Source of the DNA: Harriotta raleighana
Taxonomy: Eukaryota
Assembly (NCBI GenBank): GCA_050575255.1
Contig: JBNZDD010013696.1
Location: forward strand, 3,863,557-3,927,556
DNA: 64,000 nt
Direction: 5' to 3'
Shown: positions 52,770 through 64,000 of the stretch, piece by piece
How the letters are laid out: each line of letters begins with the position of its first letter
How positions within the stretch are numbered: the first letter of the stretch is position 1
Notes under the pieces: generated by a model
The model's database searches: none
What the model was told of the DNA's origin: nothing
What the model saw: the letters and a program-made list of their open reading frames with translations, nothing else
Made by a program: the position numbers and the translations under genes

Positions 52770-54791
52770 GTAGGTGCTCAAGCCCGACATGGGTCCCTTT
52801 TTCAAGTGAGCCTGTGTATCAGTCGGTGCAAATGGGGGCTGCAAAGCCACAGCAGTTAAGTTGTTCAGGAGAGGGCAATTGAGCAATGACAGGGCACACC
52901 AGCGTATAATATGAAAGCTATGAGTGTGACGATGCATGAAGTGTAATCTGTGCAGCAACACATCAGGGACACCCTTAGGTAATTCAGCGGCCATGTCATT
53001 GATTGATTTGAATAGTTGTATGTTATAGCTAGCTGTTCCTGTGGTGTTTAAGGAGCATATTTAAAGCCTAAGGGTGTCTATCTGTGAGCCATTGACGAAA
53101 TAACCTAAACAGAGTTGCTTCAGAGCTACAGTTCTAGTGGTGCAGTAAACTAATAGTGGTGACATCTGTCCCTATGGAACCAGGGTCTTTGGAAAGCAAC
53201 TGAGAGTTTTGGGCAGGCAGAAATACAAAGCAATTTTTTATCACTGTGATAATAGCCCAAAACTGATGTCATTATGAACCTTAAATCAACTTTATGCTTG
53301 CTTGAACATGGTCACCTGGGTATAGAGGTACAAGGACGAAAAAGGTTGAGCAACTGTGTTTGTCTTTCAGCCAGTACTACCTGGGATTGGGAAATTGAGT
53401 TCTATGAGCAGTAATCAATCACGTTTTCCAACAACACACATTTTTCAAAGTAGTGTCCATTTTTTTTCATAATGAGGGAACAGCGGTGAATGTGTTTAAA
53501 ATCAAATGAAACGTATCTTAGATCCATCGGAGAGAATCCTTTCAGCCTAATCTGGTTAAACACCTGGCCTACCCGCTGTATCTATGGGGTTAGCATCGGA
53601 CGTGCCTGTTCACTTTCTTTTTTTTGTTTCAACTGTTTTGAGCAGTGGCCTTAAGGTCAGCAGTGGTAGGTGGTGGGTAATTGTTGTCGAGTCGGCAGCT
53701 TTGTTCAGCCTAGGCTTGCTATAAATAAATACATCCAGCATCTTCTCTTGCAGAAGGTGTTTGGAAATGGTGGGAGGGTGCAAGGAAATAGGACAGTTCT
53801 GCATGGTGTCTTGCTCTGACCTTCTTCCTGATAGATTTGCCAGTCATTATTACAGTCTGTGAGAATCTAGGAAGGTTGTTCCACTGTCCTGCTATAATTT
53901 GCCGTTCTTTGATATGCAAACGATCTGCTGAGAATATGTAAAAATCCTATCAGTCTCATTTCACACTTCTTAACCACTTAGACTCTCTGGAGTCTATTGC
54001 CTTATTAGACCTACACTCTCCAATGCTACCGTAATTAAAATCTTTAGCAGTAGTTTAGTAAAGTAAAGATGTTTTGGCTGATCACTTTGAGATTATTATC
54101 TAATTCCTGCACCCAAAATGAAAGTAATAAATTAGATTCTGACCCTAGTATTCTTACTGATCTGAAATGCTTGAATATTTAATTGTGATTTGTAATTAAA
54201 ATATAGTTACAACCACAGGTTTTTACTTTCTGCTTTGAAATTTCCACATTGGCTTTCAGAATGAAATAAAATTTTAATGATAAAGACAGGTGATTAAAAA
54301 ATAATTACTGACATAATATTCTAATTTTGTAGTAAAATTGTAAAAGGCCTTTGAATATGGTTTAAATGAACCCGTTGCGTTTACAGCACATTATTTTAAA
54401 TTGTACTTTTTATATTTAAAGATGAATGTGTTTTGCCGTTAATACATTGCAAACTATCTGCAGTAATAACTTGAAGTGCTTTGATTTCAATAGCAGAGTG
54501 AATATGCAGAGAAGCCTTAGTCGTGTTGCAATTCATGGTAAAATAAGCAGATCAATTATTACAGACATCTGAAGAATTTACTTTTAATTATCAACACTAA
54601 CCGAATATTCACTGGGTTATATTATGTCTTGTTGCAAGTAATGTGGCACGTAGGAATATTGTTAAGGATTGTCTAATTAACATCAGACCTTGTTTACATA
54701 CACTTTGGTTTTTAATTAGTGTGTGAAGAGGGTTTAGTCTGCTCTACATGGATCTGATTATATAATGTGGGGCTATTGCTGTTTGACACAG

Positions 54792-54990
54792 GCATGACTC
54801 CAACAGAATTGCAGCAGCTGTGGAAGGAAGTGACTGGAGCTCACATAATGGAAGAAAGTATAACCAAAAATGGCAGCCTAGATCTTTCCACAAGCTCAAT
54901 TTGTTCTCCCTCAACAGCAACACCTAAGACCTCACTACCAGGATCCCTGATGAACGGACAGTCCACGCTTCACACTCCAAAAAGGGAAGG
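54792..54990 (+). CDS. FOXP1: FoxP1-like coding exon ([67 protein letters not shown]), 199 nt, phase 1/2
   Basis: Acceptor ACACAG ending 54791; donor AGG|GTAGGT at 54991. The motifs [17 protein letters not shown] and NGQ...HTPKRE match FOXP1. Confidence 0.94.
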
Positions 54991-55539
54991 GTAGGTACCA
55001 GCAAGATGTGATTTGTCCGACATGATTTCCTTTACCTTCCAAAACCGTTTTTATAGCCCAAGCTTTCAAATGTCGATACGTCCACCATTCATCATTACCC
55101 ATTATGGGTTACGATGCCTGATTGTCTTGCCTGTATTTCCTTTTATATGTAGAAAAGTCAAACCTCAGAAGGATTGTGTGGGCAAGCAGCCGTGCAGTGC
55201 TAATGGGAGATTATTTGGGGACAAAGAGCGCCCAGTTTTTTTGCCGTCCTTCTATTTTGTAACAGTCTCCGATTTGATCGCTACACTTGCTTGTTTTTCG
55301 AGTTGGGAGGAATGCACCCTTTTAGTTGCAAAATTCACAGCAAAAAGATCCTGGAGATGAACTGTGTGCTGGTTGTTACTGCTGTGTTTTTAAAATTAAA
55401 TTTATACTTCTCAGCACCTAGTAAAATCCCATTTCGCAAACGCAACCATTTCGCGCCACCCTTATCTGACAGTTCCAAGTAGTATTTGAGTTGAAAAAAA
55501 ACAGTACTGAATGAATATTGCAAAAAAAAACCTTCAAAC

Positions 55540-55730
55540 GACAACAAAATTGCATTTATAGAACACCTTTCGCATCGGGAGGACGAAAGAAATCTTTCAA
55601 AAGAAACCTTTCGCCCACAAAATATACAGTCAATTCACTTTACAGTTTGTTCTGTGAAGTGCTTTGATATGTCTAGAAGATGTGGAACGCGTTACATCAA
55701 ATGTAAGGATTATTGTATTTTTATTATTGA
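55540..55730. mobile_element. L2-tail stub (-) adjacent to SINE 3' part (+)
   Basis: ACAACAAAATTGCATTTATAG...CATCGGGAGGACG; then TTCGCCCACAAAATATACAGTCAATTCACTTTACAG...AAGGATTATT. Confidence 0.72.
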
Positions 55731-56657
55731 AAGAACTTAATTCCGACATGTTGTCCAATGAATATACCCCTAAATTTTATTTAATAAAGATTTTTTTTAA
55801 AAGAAATAGATTATTTTAAGATCTTCATCATAAATTGATCTCTCCTGTGCTTCTCAAACTCAAACCACAGAATATGCTAATTTGTTACTTCTCTGCCTAT
55901 GCAACCACTGCTCTTCCCCTCCCTTCCCAACCACTCCTTTTCCACGATAGTGTTCAGTGAGCAGCAAACACTGCTGACAGCTGATGCTCAGCAGGAAATC
56001 CACCACACTCTTTCTGATGGCTCAGTTGGCAATGTGTTTATCCCAGGTGTACAAGTCTCAGTTCAACGTCCAGTCTGTTCTGAGTTAGCTGGTCTTAAGT
56101 TACCTCATTGAGGTAACAATGAAAGTGTTACAGTTTGAGGTGGACTCAGGTGTAACGTCCACTGCTGTGTATGCCAAAGGCTATTTCTTTGAGGAGACAA
56201 ATACTGCCAACACCTGAAGCTATATATAGTTCAGTAAAAGTCTGAGGAAGAACAGAAAACATAAAGAAACGAACAAAAATGATCGCATATCCATTAAAAA
56301 ATAGCAAAGGATGTAGCCCAGACAGTATTTAAATTTAAAAAATCAATTTTTCCTACTTTTTTTGCCCAAACAAAATTGAAGCCGGGTATGTTTTTTGGTT
56401 TGGTTACAAATGCAGTAGCTTCCCCTGGAGCGATCGGTTAAAGATCTCAGTGCCACAGATCTTTTGATGTGCAGTTGTAATGGAATTCCCTGTTCAGAGT
56501 CGTACGTCTCACTGCGATTCGTGAGCGGAGCAACTAACTCCCTTTGTTTTTCTTGTCGGGTCATCGATATTTTCCAACCTCATAACCCCTCATTTGTTTT
56601 TGCGTGCATTCATGCATATTGGCTTCCTTTTTCTGAATGAAGTTCTCAAACGATCTC

Positions 56658-56850
56658 AATAATAATAATAAATAATAATCTTTGCATCTGATCGTTCTTT
56701 TCATATCTTCTCAAACGCTTCACAGAATATACTATAAAGTGAATTGAATGTATATTTGTGGGCAAAATAGAAAGTAATTAATATTTTAGCACAGAGAGGA
56801 GGAGATCATGCATCCCATCATGGCTGTGCTGGCTCTCTGAAAGAGCAAAG
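56658..56850 (-). mobile_element. SINE 3' fragment (56658-56765) and decayed CR1 3'-UTR piece (56787-56850)
   Basis: (AAT)n plus inverted tail; AGCACAGAGAGGAGG...CCCATCATGGCTGTGCTGGCTCTCTGAAAGAGC is the inverse of the CR1 3' UTR at 8717-8770. Confidence 0.65.
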
Positions 56851-59800
56851 AGCTATTCAGTGCAATATTGGTTGCATAATGCAATGAAATTTAGATCAGA
56901 ACATGTTTTTATTTCATAAGCAAAACGACAACCGTTTGAGTCTGTTGTTATTACTGTTACCACAGCCTAACAGTAACCCAGTAAAGGGAGTGTGCCTCCT
57001 ATCCTTTTTGGTTATTGTCCCAAATATGGAAATCATTCCCAGATGAAAGCTTGGTTGGAGCCCCAACCTCTCTCTCTCTTTTTTAAAAAAAAGAAAACAA
57101 TCACATTTAGCTTTCCATCGATTCGTAACATTTTTGTAATACAACTAAAGACTTCTGTTCCGACAAACCAGCTTCACAATGAATTGATTGCATTGAACAA
57201 ATGGGGTTAAATCCTACAATAATTTCAGGGCAGGGAGGAGGTAATGGGCAGTTTAGTTTGATGTGGTTTTGTTTTGCTTCTCTTTGTACGCTGTAGGTGT
57301 ATGCTATCCATTTGCTCAGAGGGATTGAATTACAGCTGTGTCCTTAAGTAGGGCATAAGAATAACTGAGGAAGGGTGCCCGCAAATGCATTTAGGGTTTT
57401 AGTTGCAGCCTTGTCAGGCATCTTGGTGCCTGAACAGATTTCATGTGACACATGAAACTTTGCTTCTTTAGCTGAATGCTGCTCGGTTTTCATTATAAAT
57501 GAAGACAGGACCGGGGGCAAACAAACCTGTCAGCGGGACAGACTACTGGTTTTTTTTTCCGCTGCTGGGAATAAAGACAACTTTCTTAGGACTCCCGAAG
57601 TACGTCAATGACATGTTCGAAGAGGAAATGTTCACGGAAGTGTCGGCTTTTGCCCACTTGTAAGGTGAACAGGAGAACATGCAAGATTCTGTCTGTCCCA
57701 TATTCAGCTCAGCATCCATCAAGCCGCAGCTCTGGGCTTTGGAGCTACAGCAATCTGTTAAGGAGATAAATAATCTGATTTGGCATGACACTCCCACTCT
57801 CCTCTTTAATTTGTCTTACACAAGGAAAATTATAATTAAATCATTCAGGGTAAAACCCTTGAGTGTATGGGAGGAAAAATAGTTTGATGGAGATTGCCAG
57901 TGGAGACCATCAGCCCTGTTGTGGTCTGGAGATATTTATCCATTGAAAGAAAGAAAAGAAATGCTTCTACATACATTGTGTGGGTAATACGTATACTCAA
58001 ATCAAAGCCTTTATAAAATAAACATCTAGCCTCTGTGGTGGGACTTTAAAAGGCAACAAGAGAGTCAAATAATACTTTTTTGTGTGTATGTGAGTGTGTA
58101 TGTGTGAGAAACTACGTACAATAGTTTTTATTATAGTCATTATGGTTTTAGAGGAAAAAAACACATTGTAAAGTTATTTATATCAATTCTGTCAAGCATA
58201 CTAGAACGCCATTGGGCACTGATGTGTGATTTTTATTGTATATTGCTATTGACTGAACAAAGCTGCTGCCTAGCCACAGCAGCTGTTGAAACCAGAATAG
58301 TCGATAGGAAAAAAAATGCTGAAAATTGCTGGTAGGAGCATAGAAGATTTACCTTGTTAGAAGACATAAAATAGCACATGAATAAAATTTGATTATTTAA
58401 AGTTGTTTTCATGTTGGGGTCAATTATTCTTTTTTTTACAAAAAAGCACATCTTAAATAATTAGTGCCGACATAATTAACATTTAACACATACATCATGT
58501 ACTTTACAGTTTAACTTTACACAGTCTTGTATGGCATTTTACGCATTTGCTTTCATATTCCGTAGCTTAAGATCTTCCTGTTAAATCGTGACTGATCTTT
58601 TTTCCCTGTTGGAATTTTTGGGGGTTTTAGTGCCATGATTCAGATGTGAATCATTATACAATGTATCAATCAGAATTTTTTTTTGGTAGGGAGGGGAGTG
58701 GAAGAGAGAGGTGGGGGGAAGAAAAGCTTGTTTATTTTAAACGGATATCTGAATGATATCCTTATTTAGACTTGACTTCACGCACCAGGGCACAATAGTG
58801 TATAATGAGTTTTAACATCTCTTTCTCAGATCAATTTGCAAAATCATAATATAGGTTCTTGATATGTAATTGTCACTTTTAAAGGGGTTTTTCGTCTGAA
58901 GAAGTATAGTTAAATCTCACTGTGAACGCTTCAGCAGATTTTGATTGCAGTGCAGTTATGACTTGTTATGCAAAATACCCAAAAGTAATTATATACTTTG
59001 TAGAAAAGCTGTTACAACACCTTCAATTAAATGCTCCTGGTACAGCTTCACCTGTACCTAGATTCTATTTTGTTCATATAATGCCTTTCAGTGGGCAAAT
59101 CAATGTAAATTTGACCTACTCAAAAAGTCTAGCAGACTTTGGTGCACATTTGACCTACTGCTGGATATGAAATATGTTCTTGAGACCCTAATGGCCAGTT
59201 CATATTCTCAAAGAGATTTGATAGCACAGGTGGTGCTAATGTAGGACAGACCCCTAGGCACTTGTAGTCCAGAGTTGTACAGATTGTAAGCTGTCTCAGT
59301 CCATATGGCAGGCTGTCCCACTCTCTGAAAAGCACTGGAGATGTGCCTGCAGGTGGAATGGTCAGTTTGGGGTAAAAAAAAAGATATTTTTTTTAACCAT
59401 TACCATCCTATTCTGACCAAAAAAAGACAAAGAATGTGTTTTCTGATTCCCTTCTGATCACATTGTTTTTTATAGTTCATCTGGTTTTGCTGAGACTTTG
59501 CTCAGGATGCGGTGATCCAGAATTGCACTTACCCACTTTACATTATACAACCCCTAAACTCTCAATTTTTAAAAAAAGTGCATCATTTTGTTTGTCCTTC
59601 CGAGTAAGCAAGGCTTGGAATTATAAATAGAAATTGTGAGCTGCCTTTTTGAAATGTACAGTGACAAAATGCTGCCCTACTTTAAACAAAGGATATTTAT
59701 AAAATAGATATATTTCTTCCCCCCCACCCTCCTCACCCCCATGTTTTTTGTTTTTTTTCTCTCTCATTTTTCTCTGCTGTAATTAGAATCTTGACGATTA

Positions 59801-61160
59801 ACTATTTGGCTTGGGGGTAGGGGAGCAATTGGACAATTTGATCCATTAGTTGGGCACTAGTCATGCTTTAATAATTCTTTAGAAGAATTCTATTACACTT
59901 TTGAACCAAACTCTCTGATTGAAAATAATAGCGAGTTGGTACCAAAGTGTGTTGAATCTTTCCTGTGAGCTCTGGTTAATATTATGGGACAGGCTGACTC
60001 CAGAATTGCCAGGATACACTTGTGGTGAGTTTCATCAGATCTCAACCAAAGTTTAAGCCCTGCTTATCAAAGAGGAAGGAAAAATCAGAAGCTCAAGTCA
60101 TCCCTGGCTCCTCTTGCATAATTCTTAGCAACTGGTTATAGAGTCGACTGAAAGATGGGAAACAACACAAGAGCTTTTTTTTAAATCCCACCCAATGACA
60201 CCTCCAGAATACCTCCACACACCCCAATACCCCCTCTCCACGCAGCAAATTTAGGTTAATTGTGTCCCTATAGGTTAATTATGTCCCTTAATAGGAGACT
60301 CTGTTGTCATTCTGAATGCAAATACCACTTGAAAACAAGTCAGCAGAAATACATATATGGACTTGTAAGTAAACTTCTGTGCGCCAACTCTCAATTTTCT
60401 GATGAATTGAGCAGTAAATGTATCAGGGCTTCGTTGAAAATAAATAAGTATCTGAAATGTCCTTTACTAATGGCAGCACAGTTTGCTTTGTGGAGTGGGG
60501 CGTTGGGGGTGGTTGGGAGGGGGGGGGGTTGGGGTAGGGAGGAATGTGGTTTAACACTCGGTTGAACAAAGATAAGATCTTGCTGTTTACCACATGACCT
60601 GGATCAGTCTTTTGACTCAGATCTATGCAGTTGAATCATTCCGTTTCAGTCTGGTTATAACAAGAACAATGAGCAATATAGGCAAATTTACATGATATTG
60701 AACCCCCAAAATATTTATTTTTAGAATAGTGATAGTTTTCACCAGCCTGCTCGTACTCTCGCCTGCCTGTCGCTAACCTCCAGCAGAAAAAGTGACAGTC
60801 CAACAATCACCAATTTTCCAGCGCTGTTTTGATAAATTGAGGTGTGGCAGGTGCACAATCGCTCAGTAACGTGGCTTAGCAATGGCCAGAGTCCTGGTAG
60901 CACAGACGAGAATGGTTCAACCTACATGGTGAGTGGAGTGGATGTGAGCCTCTGGCATAGCTGCGGTTAGGAAAGCTCCCCATTAGCCAAAACGTGACCC
61001 CAAATGGTTTTACAATGCATGTGTATTGGGAGGGGGGAAAAGCAGTCTTTTTTTTTTAAAATTAAAAACATTCAAAGGAATAATCCTGTGTGGCACAACA
61101 ACACCGACATGTTAATCAACTTTTTAACAATATTTTCTGTGTTTATATAATCCCACCTGG

Positions 61161-61433
61161 AGTCCTGTAGCTCAGTGGTTAGAGCACTCGCCTGACAAGC
61201 GTGAGACCTGTGTTGGAATCCAGGCAGGCGAAACCTTGGGCAAGCTTTCTTACTCCACACGCCTAATATTAATCCCTCCCAAAAAAAATTGGTCATTTAA
61301 ATTTCAACCCACGACTGTTTGTGGAACACTGCTGTGTTTCGCCCACAAATATACAGTCAATTCACTTTACATTCTGTTGAGATGTCTAGAAGACATGAAA
61401 AGCGGTATATCAAATGCAAGGATTATTATTATT
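61161..61433 (+). mobile_element. tRNA-derived SINE (short internal deletions)
   Basis: GTCCTGTAGCTCAGTGGTTAGAGCACTCGCCTGACAAGCGTGAGACC...ATCAAATGCAAGGATTATTATT. Confidence 0.9.
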
Positions 61434-62108
61434 ACTTTATACTGTATGCCATTTATAACAATGTATCTTGCATTTATTTAGCATCTTTCGCCCTGGGTAA
61501 AGTCTCGGAGTGCTTCAATGTTGCAATATCTAATATATTTAATGTTGTTCAGGTAAAAATCCCAGAAAGGACTACGGTTTGGTATTCACAAAGAGCGAAA
61601 GGTTTCACAGAAACTTGAGGTTCAATGATACGTCTGTTGAAATGCTGTGCAGAAATACAGTTTACAATTGTATGAAACCTTTCACGCAAAGAGGACATCT
61701 CCAAGAGCTTGATCCATGAATAGTTCTGTCACTGAGAAGACTTTCTTGCAATGTGGGCATTCAATGTTGCTGCGGCGGCAGATCAGATTTAAAAATCGTA
61801 TTCAGTTTTCTATGCAGATTTATTTGATTAATCGCTTGGAAGTCTCAACGAGCCTGGATAGATTATGAAATCGCAGTTGATCAGCTTCTGCAAATCACTA
61901 CGACACTGCACTTGTACCTCTTTACATTGGTGTTGTAATAGAATAAAATATTCTCCCCAAACCCCCAATTTAGGCTTGTTTGATACTGCGTCACCTTCAA
62001 TATATATTAAATTACATTTTGAATGGGTTATTAATTGAGGAAACCTCTTATAAATGCATACCCATTATAACTCTTTGACATATCATAACCGAGGAACTAT
62101 TTTTAAAA

Positions 62109-62148
62109 ATATATATATATATATATATACATATATAAATATATATAA
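62109..62148. repeat. (TA)n microsatellite (interrupted)
   Basis: Direct read. Confidence 0.9.
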
Positions 62149-62297
62149 CTCTCATTTCTTATTTTATAACATTATCAACCTTCTATAATTTGGTTTGAGT
62201 GTGATTCACACGCTGTAGGCTTATTGAGGGGCCCGACTCATTGCACTTGCTGTTTGTGGCAGCAGTGTAAATGTTCCCTTTTCTCTTCTTGCTTTAG

Positions 62298-62402
62298 GTT
62301 TTCCCATGAGGAACATGCGGGCAATCATCCATTGTATGGCCACGGTGTGTGCAAATGGCCTGGCTGTGAGGCATGCTGTGATGACTTTGGACATTTCTTA
62401 AA
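62298..62402 (+). CDS. FOXP1: FoxP1-like coding exon with the first half of the C2H2 zinc finger ([36 protein letters not shown]), 105 nt, phase 2/2
   Basis: Pyrimidine tract plus TAG ending 62297; donor AA|GTAAGT at 62403. [15 protein letters not shown] is the FoxP zinc-finger signature. Confidence 0.96.
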
Positions 62403-64000
62403 GTAAGTCAACTTTTTTTTGTGTGTGTGGCAATTTGATTGATAATTGGTTTGGTTTTTGATCCACTTGGGAATCTAGCAGATGCATGCATTTGACCTGA
62501 AAACCTCACCCGTCCATTTTGTAACATTCCAGTGGTTTGATACTACAACAGCAGTTATGGAGGTGGGGGGGTGAGTGAGGGTGTAAAGGAAAGCAAGCTT
62601 GTTGCCTTGTGTATTGCTGGGTGAGGCAGGAGATGGAAGCCAAGGTGTATGATGCCTCCAGTTGATCTAGGTCTAAGTATACCATCAAATCCCATTATTA
62701 AACTAACATCACATGCATACAATTCTTAATGTTTTATTTCTGTGAACACCAAATACTGTGAGCAGATATGTATATTTATTTCCTTATTTGCTTTTCGACT
62801 TGGCTGCAATCTCGGCTCATAAATTCCTGGTTGTTAATTAACAGCCACCCGTAATCAGCCAACTGTTGGTCCAGGTTGGGGATGGGACCCCACCGCAGTG
62901 CCAAGAGGTGCACTTTCTGTGTGAGAACTCATCAGCAAATGCCATTGTCCACAAACAGTTTCCTCACCCCAATTCCGACTCGAAAAAGTCCAACCAACAC
63001 ATCAATTAATAAACAGAACACAAAATACTACAGTTGCTGGGAATCTGAAACAAAAACATCAATTAATAAAGCCATATTCATACCGATTTGACTTTATTTA
63101 AAAATCAAATCACTGTGGGAAAGTCCATGAATACAACTCGAATACCAAGTGATCTCAAAACTGCAGATGTCATTTAACACTTTGAGGACTTGTTCGCCCC
63201 GAAAATCCAATGGGTTTACGGGATTTCATTGAAAGAAATATTATGTCTGATTCATTTTATATGGTTATTGGCAATGGGTATTCACAGGCAAAGATCAGTG
63301 TTAAATAATGAGATAATTATCGTGTTTTATAAACCGAGGACATTTCAATAGCTAAACTTGCAGGAGATTAGGTAGATTTCAGACACAAATAGAGTCCCAT
63401 CTGTTTTTAATGCTGAAGTATACAAACAGCATTCCAGAAAGGAGTCCAGCACTTGAAACAAATTACTGACAACTTGACTGTTGCATATTAGTTCAACTTC
63501 CTTTAATAAAACCTTACACCCAAAGGACTCGACTAAAATTTAAACTGTACAGAAAATAAAAGGCTTATTATAAGTGAAACTTTTACATAGCACTTTTTTT
63601 TTAGGTCTCTGTGGCATAGTTCAGTTGTTTGTGCAGACTATTCAAACTCAGTAAAACATTTAAAGAAAAACTTTAATTACAAAGAAACTACTATTTTGCA
63701 AGCTCTCTGGTTATAAGGCTGCAAAATTCTCTGCTTGTAGGTGCTGTGGACAGGCGCAGAAAATTGCAGTTTCAATTCTTTGTCCTTTTGAGAGAAGAAT
63801 ATGTTTAACTATCTATATATGCAAATACTGCTAAATTGTTTTAGCAAACGTTTGCACAATTTAGGATTGTGCCAGGAAACTATTGCCAACGTTTAGGTAA
63901 ATTATCATTTTCATGTGACTCATTCATACTCTGCTATTCCCCCCTCCCCTACCCCCTCCAAACAGTTTTTAAAGATGAATTCAGGAGGACATTAAGCTTT

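Noticed and set aside
61161-61230. tRNA-like sequences (also 7430-7498, 24880-24943, 25908-25980, 35629-35700, 42328-42395)
   Set aside because: They are SINE heads: the anticodon loop varies between copies, acceptor stems are broken, and each is followed by the same SINE body and tail.

Overview
Eukaryotic (vertebrate) genomic DNA, mostly intronic. It contains six internal coding exons (+ strand; 13511-13600, 42150-42287, 45716-45805, 52616-52769, 54792-54990, 62298-62402) of a FoxP-subfamily transcription factor. All have AG/GT boundaries and compatible phases (0,0,0,1,2). They splice into one open frame covering the Q-rich N-terminal region up to the first half of the C2H2 zinc finger. The best match is FOXP1; the start codon, leucine zipper and forkhead exons lie outside the window. 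The repeats (tRNA-head SINEs with Deu-domain-like cores and L2-type tails, L2 and CR1 LINE 3' ends) suggest a cartilaginous fish, possibly a chimaera/elephant shark (inference). Most ORFs in the six-frame track are spurious. I found no prokaryote-style novel system. The most interesting signals are: (i) a segment at ~12.0-12.2 kb resembling the alternative first exon of a human FOXP1 isoform but frameshifted here and centred on a FOX:ETS composite motif; (ii) candidate internal promoters/first exons in the 28.5-kb intron, including a dense ETS-CRE/YY1/RUNX/TATA cluster; (iii) a triple-nested SINE next to a splice donor; (iv) ultra-short L2-tail insertions, one with a clear target-site duplication; and (v) a duplicated 27-bp non-TE motif, each copy near an AP-1 site.
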